DNA of 64,000 nucleotides from an uncultured delta proteobacterium (GCA_963789265.1 CAWBKB010000001.1:2496001-2560000), one strand, 5' to 3'. Counted from the first letter of the stretch, positions 20,872-31,918 are shown. Notes: generated by a model from the sequence alone, not told the origin. Made by a program: numbers and translations.

Positions 20872-20936
20872 AGCATTCCACCACTCGATCAGTCCGGCAA
20901 GGAAGCCTCAGGCCCCTGCCGAAAGACCAGCGAGCA

Positions 20937-21395
20937 TCATCGAAAGCGACGCCAGTAGAACTTCTTCTTGACCTCGGGCATCGCTATCATAAGAGTATCT
21001 CCCGTTACCTGGTAAGGCCATTTTACAGTATTGCCAACATCATCCGTGATGGTAAGCTGATTTTTCTCCAGAATGTATTTCCCGGTCCGGCTCTTCATTT
21101 TGTCAGAATGATCTTTGTCCATTCTGTTAAAAATCACCTGGCCCTTGTCGGTGAACTCGATCAGCGTGCGCGTGCCGTCCTTTGGGCGCTCTTCAGCACC
21201 ATTTTCGTTGACCTGGTAAAGCAGTTCCCACGTATCAAGGAGCTTCTTGTCCGAGGCTGTCGGGGATGGTTGGGACGCAGACGGCCCAGGTTCAAGGCGA
21301 GCGGTCTTCGGCAGCGTCGTGGTGATGCACGAGGCGCACAACATGCCAACGAGGAAAATCGCTACCGTGACCGTGCGCTTAAGAAACAAGGACAT
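20937..21395 (-). CDS. Lipoprotein, lipocalin-like
   Basis: Lipobox-like CASC; LLDTWEL, EFTDKG, TGKY, GDTL. Confidence 0.6.
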   Translation of the reverse strand: MSLFLKRTVTVAIFLVGMLCASCITTTLPKTARLEPGPSASQPSPTASDKKLLDTWELLYQVNENGAEERPKDGTRTLIEFTDKGQVIFNRMDKDHSDKMKSRTGKYILEKNQLTITDDVGNTVKWPYQVTGDTLMIAMPEVKKKFYWRRFR

Positions 21396-21470
21396 GGACC
21401 ATATCCTCAAAGGTTATCAGGCCTCATTCGGCGAATCGACGACGCTGTGGTCGTTGGAATCGGAAAATGG

Positions 21471-22511
21471 TTACCAGAGGCTATTGAAAACTCTTTCGTC
21501 GGGAGAAGGACTTGCGTTGCTCCTGGTACCGCTTTGTTCGGCATCTGCCTTGGCGGTAACCGCTGTCTGAAATTCTTCCGGTTTGCCGGGCTTGGCGGCG
21601 GGCTTCTGTATGGGAAATTCGCCTCTGGCAAGTCTGGTGAGAAAATTCTGGTCGGCAACGATGCAGTACGAGCCAACCTTCAGCGTATGAAAAACGGCCT
21701 CCGCATCCTGCCAGTCAAGGCCTAGGCAGCCGTGAGTCAGTCTGCCTCCGGTGGCTTCAGCATAGTGTATGTACCTGCTCCCTGAAAATGCCAACTTGTA
21801 CCTGAAGAAACCCGGAACCCGACGGTCTTCGTACCTCTGAGGTATGGGTTCATGTTCCTCGACGAAGTACCAGTCAGGTCTGACCCAATCGGCGACCGGG
21901 ACTTTGGATTTGATGGGAAATATTCCGACTGGAGTCTCAAAAGCCCCGTGGTTGGTTCGTCCCTTCCCGATGGCTACCGGTCCTATCCTGAGCAGCTTAC
22001 CGTATGTATTGTACAGGTAAAATTGAAAATTCCGTTTATCGATGACAATGAAAGGTTTGCCGTTTCTGTGTCGCATCATGCTTGCGATGTTCCTCGCGTC
22101 CGCAACAACAGCCCGGATTTGCCCTTCATCCTGGAGTCGGTGGCCGTAGTAGTTGTCGTACATCTGCTGTTGAGGCTCGGAATTGGCTTCAGCCTGGGGT
22201 TGTGCCGTTCGTGACAACTGATCTCTCAGGATCATCTCAGCATCTCGGGAATCGTATTGAAGATTGGCCATGGGCTCTTGGTAGTATTGCCGCGTCCCTC
22301 TGCCCGGATCCTGTTGCGGGGATCCTGAAGGATTCTGGTCGCCACCGGGAAAGTACATCTGAGCAATGGCAGTCGTACCGCTGACGGCGAAGGCGAGGAG
22401 CAATCCCAGACATGTCATTATATTACGCACCATTAAAGCCCTCTTCTCCCGCATCACTGCGAAAACTCCTTCATTGCGCTGAAATCGTTTCCATCTATAA
22501 TGTAAATCCAT
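21471..22511 (-). CDS. L,D-transpeptidase (YkuD family); true start probably downstream of 22511
   Basis: IVIDK, VAIGK, TPVG, W..P.W, YIH...LTHGCLGL catalytic motif. Confidence 0.85.
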   Translation of the reverse strand: MDLHYRWKRFQRNEGVFAVMREKRALMVRNIMTCLGLLLAFAVSGTTAIAQMYFPGGDQNPSGSPQQDPGRGTRQYYQEPMANLQYDSRDAEMILRDQLSRTAQPQAEANSEPQQQMYDNYYGHRLQDEGQIRAVVADARNIASMMRHRNGKPFIVIDKRNFQFYLYNTYGKLLRIGPVAIGKGRTNHGAFETPVGIFPIKSKVPVADWVRPDWYFVEEHEPIPQRYEDRRVPGFFRYKLAFSGSRYIHYAEATGGRLTHGCLGLDWQDAEAVFHTLKVGSYCIVADQNFLTRLARGEFPIQKPAAKPGKPEEFQTAVTAKADAEQSGTRSNASPSPDERVFNSLW

Positions 22512-22601
22512 AGCGGTGTCAACCTATCCATCCCAAAGGGTTTTCCACCATATCATACTACCGAATTGATTCCACGAAGAAAAGCAGCTCTCAAACCGAT
22601 C

Positions 22602-23985
22602 TCATGTAAGCAGCCCATATTTCTTCATTTTATATTGTAGATTGCTTCGAGAGATCCCAAGAGCCTTGGCTGCTTGAGCCTGTACATGGCCGGCCTTTTT
22701 CAAGGCCTCGCGAATCATTTTTTCCTCGATTGTGTCAAGTGTGTCGGACAAATTCTTTTCCCCCAGGAACAAAGTGCCAAGTCCGTCCTCAGTCGAGGAG
22801 GATTTCCTTACTTCCGGCGGAAGATCCTCCAGCCCTACTGTCTTACCCCTGCAAAGCACAAGAGCCCTTTCGATCACGTTTTCCAGTTCTCTCACATTTC
22901 CCGGCCAAGAATATCCATACAGGACGTTCATGACCTCGGGGTCCACCTCTCCGATGCCACACCGCAATTTCTCCGCAAACCGGTTCACAAAATGCGCCAC
23001 CAGGAAAGGGATGTCATCGCGACGGTCCCTCAGAGGAGGAACCTCAATACGCACCACGTTCAGTCTAAAGAAAAGATCCCCCCGAAATCGTCCTGTAGCC
23101 ACCTCTTCCTTGAGATTCTTGTTGGTGGCGGCAATTATGCGAACGTCCACAAGGATGTCCTTATTTCCACCCACTCGCTGAAATTCGTGCTCCTGCAACA
23201 CTCGCAGCAACTTCACCTGTAGATTCAACGCCATTTCACCCACTTCGTCCAAAAAGAGCGTCCCACCACTGGCGAATTCGAATTTCCCTTGCTTGACGCT
23301 GGTTGCCCCTGTGAAAGCCCCTTTCTCGTAACCGAAGAGTTCGGATTCCAAGAGATTCTCCGGAACCGCCCCGCAATTTATTGAAACAAATGGGGCGTTA
23401 TTCCGTGAGGAAGCTTTGTGCAGTGCCCGAGCGACAAGTTCCTTCCCTGTGCCTGATTCTCCGGAGACTCAGAACAGTGGTTGGGGTGTCGGCAACCCGC
23501 TTCATGACTGCAAATACCTTTTCCATAGCCTTGGACTTGCCTATGATGTTTCCCCACAGACTGCCCAACTCGGTTTCAAGCAACCTGATATTCTTAATGA
23601 GAGAGCGCTTTTCCACGCCCCTCGCTACAGCTCTTTTCACATCTCTGTTGTCAAAAGGCTTCTGTATATGGTCCAAAGCTCCTTTCTTCATCGCCTCCAC
23701 AGCTTGGTCAACCTCGGCATAAGCTGTCATGAGAATGACCGGGAGATCCGGATCAAGTGCCAGAATCTTATCCAGGAGTTCGATACCCGAAATTCCGGGC
23801 ATTTTGATATCCGAGAGAACAGTGTCCACGGGTGCCTGAGCTATTAATTGCAGGGCCTCAGCCCCGGAAGAAGCCGTCAGCACACTGTAACCTTCGTCCT
23901 CCAGGAGGTCTTCCAGCACGACGAGATAGTTTTTTTCATCATCCACCAACAAGACCGTGCTCTTGGTCAAGCTCTCACCGTCCAT
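22602..23985 (-). CDS. Sigma54-dependent response regulator (NtrC family); +1 frameshift near 23470
   Basis: Receiver [18 protein letters not shown] restored by removing one base; [30 protein letters not shown], Fis HTH. Confidence 0.93.
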
Positions 23986-24098
23986 TAGCCTCACTTACCG
24001 GAATCCGCCTTGCAGCTTAATGCACTATGGCGTAACTACGGTCGCGTATTCTGCTGCCATTGCCCGAAATAAGACACCGTATTCAGGAAATCAAAAAC

Positions 24099-25530
24099 TT
24101 ATGAGTCATGAGCCGGGAGAGATACGGTGAATTCGGCCCCGTGCCCTTCCCTGCTCTTTACTGAGATCTCTCCTCCGTGGGAGGTTATGATGTTGTGGAC
24201 GACCGACAATCCCAAGCCCGTTCCCATTTCATGGGTGGTAAAGAAAGGAGTGAAGATCTTGGACAGATCCTCCTCTCGAATTCCATGTCCGTTATCCGCG
24301 AAATTCACCCGAACCTCAGAGCCTTCCCGGGATATATCTATCATGAGAGTTCCTTCATCCGCGATCGCCTCGAAAGCGTTTATAGCTATATTCAAAAAAG
24401 CTTGATAAAGGAGGTCGGCATCACCTGCTATTACAGGACTAAATCCGTTTAGCCTTGGATCTTGCCATTGAATGCGCCGGGACCGTATTTCCTCGTCCAG
24501 GTTATTCCTCACCCTGGCGATGATGTCTCTCACGTCTGTGGCTTTCAGATACGGCGACCGAGGTCGCGCGAAGTCCAGGAAGTCAGTCAGAATGGTACTC
24601 AAACGGGTCGCTTCTTCCACAATGATGCCCGTGAGTTTCTGTATCTTTGGGGGATCGGGATTTGTTTTTTTGGCAAGCACCTCCGCAGAGGAACGGATTA
24701 TGCCTAACGGGTTGCGGATCTCATGGGCGATCGTGGCCACCATTTGCCCTATGGATGCCAGCTTCTCGGACTGTTGAAGTTGTTCCTCCAGCCGTTTTTG
24801 CTCCTGCCCCTGTTCCAGCAGCATCCTTTCACCGCGTCGAACGATGAGAGTAAGCATCACGAAGAGAAAGACCATTAAACCAGCGGCCACGAGAATAACG
24901 ACCACAATGGATTTCTGAAGAGCCACGTACTGATCGGTAACGTCCTGAGTGATCTGGATGACGCCGTATATATTTCCCAACATCCAGTAGTTTCCAGTAC
25001 TTTCCCGGAGCGGATAGGTACGTGTCCGTTAACCAATTGGCGTGCCATCGGCTAGCTGAGCCTCTCTCATGGCGGATCAATGTCGAGTCTTTACCTTCCA
25101 GAGCTTCATCTACCGCCACATTGTTCGACTCGTACTTGCCGATCAGATCATATTCGGTGCTGTAAACAATTTTTCTCCGGAGGTCGATTACCTTGATCCG
25201 CTGAATTCTAAGGCCGTAAGTAAAATCCTTTATAAGTGAATCCAAAGCTCCGAACTGATCCCATTTTCGGAGATCCATGGGAGTTCCGCGGGTCTTGAGC
25301 GGAGCATAAAAGCCGATGTATATATTGTAATTCAAATTCTCCGCCAGCAATCGGGCGTAGTTCTCGGCGCTCCTCAAAAGTGTATCCACACTCCGCGTAT
25401 AGAGAAACGCGCCGAGCAGAAAAGTCACAATAGCAATGACTGCAAAGCCGGAAATAATGAAGTATTTTAATAACCTAAACGGCCCGCCACCGGAAACGGG
25501 ACCGAACATACCTTTTCGCATGAAATCCAT
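24099..25530 (-). CDS. Membrane sensor histidine kinase; +1 frameshift near 25017
   Basis: Two TM segments, SEKLASIGQMVATIAHEIRNPL, NAFEA, DNGHGI, FTPFFTT, GTGLGL. Confidence 0.92.
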
Positions 25531-25784
25531 CCGTTTGCGATCCCTTTCATGCGGGGCACTTTAACACCGGGGAGCTCGAAGGTAAAGTGCAAGTCCCGCG
25601 GCCGACCAAGCGTTGGAAGCCGCACCTCACTCTCAAGTGAATCCCCCCGGACCCCGAACAGACTTCTTTACGGATTTAAACGATTCACCGGCCATGCGGC
25701 CGGGTCACAAACTGAACGCCGGGATATTACGAGGGCTGAACTTCTGAAATAGTCCGAATTATCAAAATGTTCCGAGCCGAACTC

Positions 25785-26318
25785 TCAAGCGTTTCCCAGA
25801 TCCTCAGGGTTCATCCGTTCCAGAATCTTGGTCAACTCTTCGTCAGTCTGCTCTATGTCTTCTTGGGTGAAGATGACCTTCTGCCGCGACACCTCGTCCT
25901 GGTCGCCCTGTGTCATGCCCTCAATTACTTTTTCACTTACAAAGATCGGGACGCCCATCCAAGTCGCAAGGACCAGAGAGTCAGAGGGCCGCGCATCGAC
26001 GGTCACGAGCTTGGAATCCGAGTTCTTTAAATAAATCGTGGCATAATAGGTATGATCTTTCAAATCATCGATCTCGATGTGTTCTATATTGGCGTCGATC
26101 TTATCTATGACATTCCGTAACAACTCGTGGGTTAGCGGACGCTGAAACACTTCCTTATTCATGGCACGCTGGAGTGCCATCGCCTCGACCGGCCCGATCC
26201 AGATATATAATTCTCGCTCTCCGCTCTTCTCTTTCAGGATCACGACGGGCTGCATGTTGCGGGTGTCGGAAGCGATTCCGACGATGGTCATTTCTTTGAA
26301 CTTCTTGTCACTCTTCAT
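25785..26318 (-). CDS. Bifunctional nuclease family (DUF151)
   Basis: PVVILKE, IWIGPVEA, RPLTHEL, DARPSDS. Confidence 0.92.
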   Translation of the reverse strand: MKSDKKFKEMTIVGIASDTRNMQPVVILKEKSGERELYIWIGPVEAMALQRAMNKEVFQRPLTHELLRNVIDKIDANIEHIEIDDLKDHTYYATIYLKNSDSKLVTVDARPSDSLVLATWMGVPIFVSEKVIEGMTQGDQDEVSRQKVIFTQEDIEQTDEELTKILERMNPEDLGNA

Positions 26319-26547
26319 AGTGAACCTCTGATTCCTTACCGGGAGAGTAGAGGGCTCATGATTTGCAAAACGCTTGCGAAATTTTACCTTAAATTAACAT
26401 CCGCTCCCCTCGGTTGTCAATGTGTGCACCTCAGAAGGCCGCGTGCCTCTTTCCGGGCCTGTTCGCAACAGAAATACCGGGCTAGGGCTCCCGGCTGTCT
26501 CCCGGTCGGCAGGTCTCTTGGAACATTGCCTGAAGACCGCGCAGTCA

Positions 26548-26575
26548 TTGACTTTTCGGGCTGATAGTGTAAATT
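26548..26575 (+). promoter_or_regulatory. Sigma70-like promoter upstream of the ferredoxin gene
   Basis: TTGACT-N16-TAAATT. Confidence 0.4.
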
Positions 26576-26764
26576 ATTCGGAGCCGACCTAGCCGCGATT
26601 TAGGGTTCCGGCGCACCAATACCGCTCTACATGGATTGCCTGGAGATCGACCGCGACGTCAAGCAGGCTGCCGACTTGATATGGCCCGGTAGCGTAGTGG
26701 CAATGATCTCACAAAGAGCACTTCATTGTGGATGCTCTCACAACTTAATGAAAGAGGTGTTCAA

Positions 26765-26950
26765 ATGTACCTGCCGAAGATAGATGACGAGAAGTGCAAG
26801 CAGTGTGGCGAATGTATCGACGTGTGTCCTGCCGATGTGCTCGAGGCAGACGACAAGCAGACAACAGTAGCCAATCCTGCCGATTGTCTGGGATGCGAAT
26901 CCTGCGTTTCGGTTTGCCCGGAAGAAGCTATCACAGTAGAGGAGGTCTAA
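26765..26950 (+). CDS. 2[4Fe-4S] ferredoxin
   Basis: CKQCGECIDVCP and CLGCESCVSVCP; AGAGGTG RBS. Confidence 0.95.
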   Translation: MYLPKIDDEKCKQCGECIDVCPADVLEADDKQTTVANPADCLGCESCVSVCPEEAITVEEV

Positions 26951-26970
26951 TACAGATTCGCTTTCAAGCA

Positions 26971-27135
26971 TGTAGGAGCGGTTTCAAACCCGCCCCTACA
27001 TGTCGTCGTGCCCGCGTACGCGGGCATCGAGTACTGCGTCGGGCATGGCCCAACCTACCCCCGGAACGGAGTCCGGATTGACGAATGGCGGGCATTCCCG
27101 CGCTTCGCGGGACACCCTACGGGAGGCGCATTCCC
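26971..27135. repeat. Composite REP cluster between convergent genes
   Basis: TGTAGGAGCGGTTTCAAACCCGCCCCTACA; GTGCCCGCGTACGCGGGCA; CCGGAACGGAGTCCGG; TCCCGCGCTTCGCGGGA (27096-27112). Confidence 0.75.
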
Positions 27136-27194
27136 GCCAAGTTATTTGCGACAAAGGGCATTCCTTTAACATCCCCGAGCACACGGAAGTATCT

Positions 27195-27956
27195 TCAGGT
27201 AACGGGCTCGGCTGAAGGCCGGACGTCTGCGTTTGCGCCTTGAGAGCCCCTCTGGGAAATCAGTACTGTTCCGAACGGAACATCCTGGTAAGCCCTTACC
27301 AGTTGCAGCTTAATCAGTTCCAGCAGGGCCAGAAACGTAGTAAGAATGTTGAGCCGCGAAAAGTCTTCCTCGAAAAGCGAACCGAAAGTTAACCATTGCT
27401 GAGTTTTCAGTCGTTCAAGAATATGGTGGATCTTGTCTTTCACGAGGAGGCGTTCCGGCTCGAGTTCAATAAGGTCTTTGCGGGCAGTCCGTTGTAGTAG
27501 CCCTCTCAAGGCTTCGAAGAGCTCCGCGATACCCACTTCCAGGGGTTGGCTCCGCTTAGGGAGATCTGAATCATCCTCCGAGGCTTCCCTTGCAAACACA
27601 TCATTGTCCAACATTGGTAGGGACTTCAAATTCTCCGCCGCTTCTCTGTATCGTTTGTACTCCAGTAGGTGAGCCACCAATTCATCTCTGAGGTCCTGGC
27701 CCGATTCGTCCGCGGCCCCTCTTTCATTCACCGGCAGAAGCATCTGCGACTTGATGTGAGTGAGGTACGCGGCCATGACGAGGTATTCACCCGCCACGTC
27801 CAGGTTAAGGGACTTCATCAATTCGATAGTTTCCAAATACTGCTGAGTTATCATCGCAATTGGAATATCGGTTATGCTGACTTCATTGCGATGGATGAGA
27901 TGCAATAGGAGATCAAGCGGGCCCTCGAAAATCTCCAGTTTTATCTCGTAGGACAT
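27195..27956 (-). CDS. scpA: Segregation and condensation protein A
   Basis: FEGPLDLLLHLI, IKSQMLLP, TFLALLEL. Confidence 0.96.
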   Translation of the reverse strand: MSYEIKLEIFEGPLDLLLHLIHRNEVSITDIPIAMITQQYLETIELMKSLNLDVAGEYLVMAAYLTHIKSQMLLPVNERGAADESGQDLRDELVAHLLEYKRYREAAENLKSLPMLDNDVFAREASEDDSDLPKRSQPLEVGIAELFEALRGLLQRTARKDLIELEPERLLVKDKIHHILERLKTQQWLTFGSLFEEDFSRLNILTTFLALLELIKLQLVRAYQDVPFGTVLISQRGSQGANADVRPSAEPVT

Positions 27957-27961
27957 GAGAA

Positions 27962-28621
27962 TCAGCCTAGCCCGGACAAAAGTAGTGATAATATGAATTT
28001 TACGGGGGGGAAAATAACGTAGCCCACCGCTCCGGTAAAGACAAGCAGTATGAGGATGATGAAACCGTACGGTTCGAGTTTCTCCAGTTCGTAGGCCTGT
28101 TGCCGAGGCAGCATCCCCCCAAGGATCTTGGCTCCATCCAGAGGCGCGATTGGGATGAGATTGAAAACCGCAAGAATCACGTTAATCTCGACGCCGAAAT
28201 AAAGTATGCGAACCAGCGGTACGAGAATGTAATTTGAAGCGGGACCGATCGCTCTCGCGGCAAAGAGGAACTGCATCATATGGAGGGAAAGCGCAAGGAC
28301 CACCGCGGTTACAAGGTTGGCCGCGGGGCCCCCAAGACTGATCCACAGCATGTCTTTCCTGGGGTTACGAAGATAACGAGGATCCACTGGTACGGGTTTG
28401 GCCCAGCCTATCATCTGGGTCAGGACCAGTACCAGTGTCCCGAATGGGTCAAGATGGCTTATGGGATTGAAGGTTAGTCTGCCCGCCAATTTGGCGGTAG
28501 GATCTCCAAGCCTGTAGGCCACGTACCCGTGCGTATATTCATGCACCGTTATGGCCAACAAGAAGCCTGGAGCAATGATGGCAATTTTCTGAATAATGGT
28601 GGCAATATCGAAGTTGAACAT
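27962..28621 (-). CDS. Site-2 protease (M50)
   Basis: HEYTH, GDPTA...GRLTFNP, GPAAN, FNLIPIAPLDG. Confidence 0.95.
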   Translation of the reverse strand: MFNFDIATIIQKIAIIAPGFLLAITVHEYTHGYVAYRLGDPTAKLAGRLTFNPISHLDPFGTLVLVLTQMIGWAKPVPVDPRYLRNPRKDMLWISLGGPAANLVTAVVLALSLHMMQFLFAARAIGPASNYILVPLVRILYFGVEINVILAVFNLIPIAPLDGAKILGGMLPRQQAYELEKLEPYGFIILILLVFTGAVGYVIFPPVKFILSLLLSGLG

Positions 28622-29018
28622 AGAACTTTGCTGCTGACTCTCTCCGCGAGGAGCGAGATGACCTAAAGAAGAAGCCCGAAAGGATCGGACCTATTGGGTC
28701 ATTCCTCATTTCTGCGGAAGCAGGTATCTATAATTGGCTGAAGTTGGACGCGTGAATCGACACTCCCGAAGAATAACAGAAGATGCCGTCCAACACACCA
28801 AACCTAGAATTTATGTTTCTTCACGATGCCCCCCGTCTCCATAATAAAGGATTCCATAGGGAACGCTTCACCCACAGATTTGTTTGTAGCCTGTCTCACC
28901 TGACGACCGACATCTCGGTCCAAGCCAGGCGGACCGCAGTGCCCACCTCCGGGCCCGCCACAGATCTTCACTGGTTTCATAGAGTTGCGCCTTTTTCAGC
29001 CCGACTCATTTACCAGGC

Positions 29019-29597
29019 TCAATGCCTAGGCCAAATTTCGCGGCCCACCATATTGTTCAGAACCCTCCTGAGAGCCGCGCCGGCTGTCCAGCCTCCTTGC
29101 CCCAGAAGGGTCATCTTGATCTGAGAAAACGCGGCTACCGCTTCCATGTCTGTCCTTCCAGAGGACCACAAATACTCGGCCCAGCCGATCTGGCCCAGCC
29201 CATAAAGTCCGACGACCACCTGTCCGATTGCCAGCAGTCCTCCGGCAATCTGACCTACGGCCAGCACAACGGCCAAAGCAAACTGACCTAAAGCGAATAA
29301 GCCGATCGCAAATTGGCCAATGGCCACGATGCCCGCGCCGAATTGGGCAATGACGATGCCCCCCACAGCGCATTGTCCTACGGCCAAGAAACCCTTGGCA
29401 ATGCGCAACTTTCCGCGACCGTCCCGTCCGTAAGCGATACTGATAAGCGGAATCCCAAAAAGCGCGGAACGGGTTTTCCATTCGAACCCGGAACAGGAAC
29501 GCCCTGACAGATTGTCGTCCTTGGCTTCGCCAGTCACGGTACTTGATGAATCAGGGGTGGTCACGTCGTGCGATTCGGGTGCATGCTCATCAGTCAA
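29019..29597 (-). CDS. Membrane protein with GxxAxG pentapeptide repeats
   Basis: LFGIPLISIA..., AKGFLAVGQCAVGGIVIAQFGAGIVAIGQFAIG. Confidence 0.7.
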   Translation of the reverse strand: MTDEHAPESHDVTTPDSSSTVTGEAKDDNLSGRSCSGFEWKTRSALFGIPLISIAYGRDGRGKLRIAKGFLAVGQCAVGGIVIAQFGAGIVAIGQFAIGLFALGQFALAVVLAVGQIAGGLLAIGQVVVGLYGLGQIGWAEYLWSSGRTDMEAVAAFSQIKMTLLGQGGWTAGAALRRVLNNMVGREIWPRH

Positions 29598-29732
29598 AAC
29601 ACCGCTCCTACCTGTTCATCCGCTGAAGCGAGCAATCCGGGATTGTCGTTACCGTGAACTCGGATTTGCGCCGGTTCCCCTAGGCCACCTTCAACCAGCT
29701 CATCTACGGCCCTTCAACCAGGCGAAATCTAA

Positions 29733-30128
29733 TCACTTGGCCTTTTTCTTTGTCTCTTGTTTGCCTTTTGCCGGAGCTTTCCCGCCGGCCCCTCCCTTGC
29801 CTTTTGCGGGAGCGGGCTTTTCGTCGGATTTCTTCTTCCCTTTCGCCTTTTTTTCGCCTGCTATAGCTGCAATCCGATCCGCTTCAGCCTCCGCGCGGCG
29901 TTGTTCCTTCTTCTCCAGCAAACGCTTCTTCTGCTCTTCCAGGGCGGAAATTCGAGAGATTGCCGCGTTAATTTGCTTAATCTTCGCGGAGAAGTGCTTG
30001 ATTTTAGGATCCTTTGCGATGGCCTTTTCGGGTAGGCCCTTTTCTGCGAGGGCAGCTTTGCGGGCTTCAGCCTGCCTCAGATATCGGGCCTTTTGACTGT
30101 CCTTGGTTTCCTGGGTCTTGGATGGCAT
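29733..30128 (-). CDS. Small Lys/Ala-rich basic coiled-coil protein
   Basis: GAGAGGTG RBS; helical N-part and KKAKGKKK/PAK-rich tail. Confidence 0.75.
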   Translation of the reverse strand: MPSKTQETKDSQKARYLRQAEARKAALAEKGLPEKAIAKDPKIKHFSAKIKQINAAISRISALEEQKKRLLEKKEQRRAEAEADRIAAIAGEKKAKGKKKSDEKPAPAKGKGGAGGKAPAKGKQETKKKAK

Positions 30129-30492
30129 GCATCACCTCTCCTGGGTGCCTATTCGATAAACCCGTGATGTTATGATAGCGTTTATTCTAAGTCAAGGTCG
30201 AGAGCATCAAGCTTCATTCCGCGACGCTCTACTACTGATATATCCTTCGCATTCCGTCATAGGCTACAACAATCGGACCCGGTCCCCAAGAAAAGGATTT
30301 CCATTTGATTTATCCTTTCATACGGATTGGTGAGCAGCCAGAATGCCCCTCAGTTTCATACGTATTCCGAGACTTGCCGGTTATCGGATTACCGGTGCGT
30401 CAATTCAGAAGATGCGTAATCAGGGCTAATACGATGTCAAATTAGAATTCCCTATTTCACATTCTTCATCACAGTTCTTCCTCAGATTAAGA

Positions 30493-31530
30493 TTAAGTCC
30501 AGCATATCCGGGCTTTTTTTGCAATATTTTCAGGCGACGTGAACGTCGTCATATCTCCGAGCATGATTTCGAAGCCAGTATGGTCATTTCGCACCCAAGG
30601 TGCATGATTCGACCGAGCGAGGATAACGATTCGCATTTCCAGATGAGCATTTCCGTCTTCAACAAACAGCATGCCGAGATTGTATCCGTTTCGACAAAGG
30701 CTTCGATAAAACTTCTGAGTGTTGATAACTCCTTGTGCTAGATGTTTCCAGTCTGAATCCGTTATCTGATGCAAGGAAGTGATCCCGGGTAAAATCCCCC
30801 AGATTTCAAAAAAACCTTCGGGTGCAAAGGCAGTCATCCACTCCCATGAACCTGTCTTTCCAATATAGCGGCTCCCGTCTCGCTTTTCATGTAACAGATA
30901 ATCCGAAAAGAGATATGAGCCGACCTGCCGAAAATATTCTTCAGCCCTTTTGCTCAAAAAGCGATGATTATTGGGAGCAATTCTGTGGGCATTGATTTGA
31001 AGGTGGGGATGAATCATAGAGCCGCCGGCGGAAGGGAGATGATTTTGCGTAATCGCCATATAAACGGCTTCAGAGTCATAGTTAAGTATGTGGCTCAGAT
31101 AATTGCGGCAGTTGATGAAACAGTCGGCATAAGAGCTCACGGAGGCCGTCCCGATTTCCACAAAGTGCCTGTTGTCAAAAAGACTTACCGCGGAATAGCT
31201 TCCGTAAGGAAATAGATTCGGAAACAAAATCGAATCATTGTGGCACAAGCGTCCGTCAGGGCAAATATTGGAAAAGATTCTGGGAGTCCTTGTCATGACC
31301 TGCGGCTTACAAAAAGGACAGCCTGCAGTATCGTCAGAATTTGGAGGAGGCTGCGGCAGGCTTTCCGTTCCCGGTTCTTTTTCCGCGCCTCGTCCGAATG
31401 CTATTCTGCTGGTTCGCCCTGTAATAGGATTCATGCGGACTTCGATGCGATTCTCAACATCTTCACCGGAGGGGGCAATATATTTTGCGGTAACTATTTG
31501 TTTTTCAAAAGATAAAATATTATTGTTCAT
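30493..31530 (-). CDS. GalT-like nucleotidyltransferase (HIT superfamily)
   Basis: R.NPITGR, CPFC, PNLFPY, AGGSMIHPHLQ (HxHxQ). Confidence 0.8.
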   Translation of the reverse strand: MNNNILSFEKQIVTAKYIAPSGEDVENRIEVRMNPITGRTSRIAFGRGAEKEPGTESLPQPPPNSDDTAGCPFCKPQVMTRTPRIFSNICPDGRLCHNDSILFPNLFPYGSYSAVSLFDNRHFVEIGTASVSSYADCFINCRNYLSHILNYDSEAVYMAITQNHLPSAGGSMIHPHLQINAHRIAPNNHRFLSKRAEEYFRQVGSYLFSDYLLHEKRDGSRYIGKTGSWEWMTAFAPEGFFEIWGILPGITSLHQITDSDWKHLAQGVINTQKFYRSLCRNGYNLGMLFVEDGNAHLEMRIVILARSNHAPWVRNDHTGFEIMLGDMTTFTSPENIAKKARICWT

Positions 31531-31699
31531 CTGGCGCCTCGCATCGGGTTAAGCAAACAAGAAATTCCGACAATGTCTTCAATCACTGATAATATCAGGA
31601 ACCGAGGCACAAAGAGAATCGATCTTCGCCGACCTTTCAGGTTTTTTCAGGGATTGCTTATTCGAAGAGACGATTGCGGGAGTCTGCGCCGCCGCAGCT

Positions 31700-31918
31700 T
31701 CATTTGCCGCGATAGACTATCAGGCCGTGGGTAAGATCGTACGGAGAAAGGGCTACAGTCACTCGATCGCCCAACAACACTTTGATCCTGAACCTTGACA
31801 TTCTGCCCGAAAGCTTGGTTCGTATGCTTCGACCATCGTCCGTCTCAACCTGGTACATTCCCCCTGAATGGACCTTCACCACTGTTCCTTCAACCTTAAC
31901 GTTGTCATCCCTACTCAC
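31700..31918 (-). CDS. infA: Translation initiation factor IF-1
   Basis: VEGTV, SGRM...IKVLLGDRV.V.LSPYDLT.G.IVYR. Confidence 0.96.
   Translation of the reverse strand: MSRDDNVKVEGTVVKVHSGGMYQVETDDGRSIRTKLSGRMSRFRIKVLLGDRVTVALSPYDLTHGLIVYRGK

Noticed and set aside
20886..20912. SRP RNA core-like word CAGTCCGGCAAGGAAGC
   Set aside because: Lacks the full CAGG...GGAAGCAGC motif and enclosing stem; lies antisense in a 65-nt gap
23995..24098. Sigma54 promoter between kinase and regulator
   Set aside because: TGGCAG is present but the GC is not at the required -12 spacing
28804..28980. Short minus-strand ORF (MKPVKICGGPGGGHCG...)
   Set aside because: No RBS or recognisable motif; overlaps degenerate palindromic sequence
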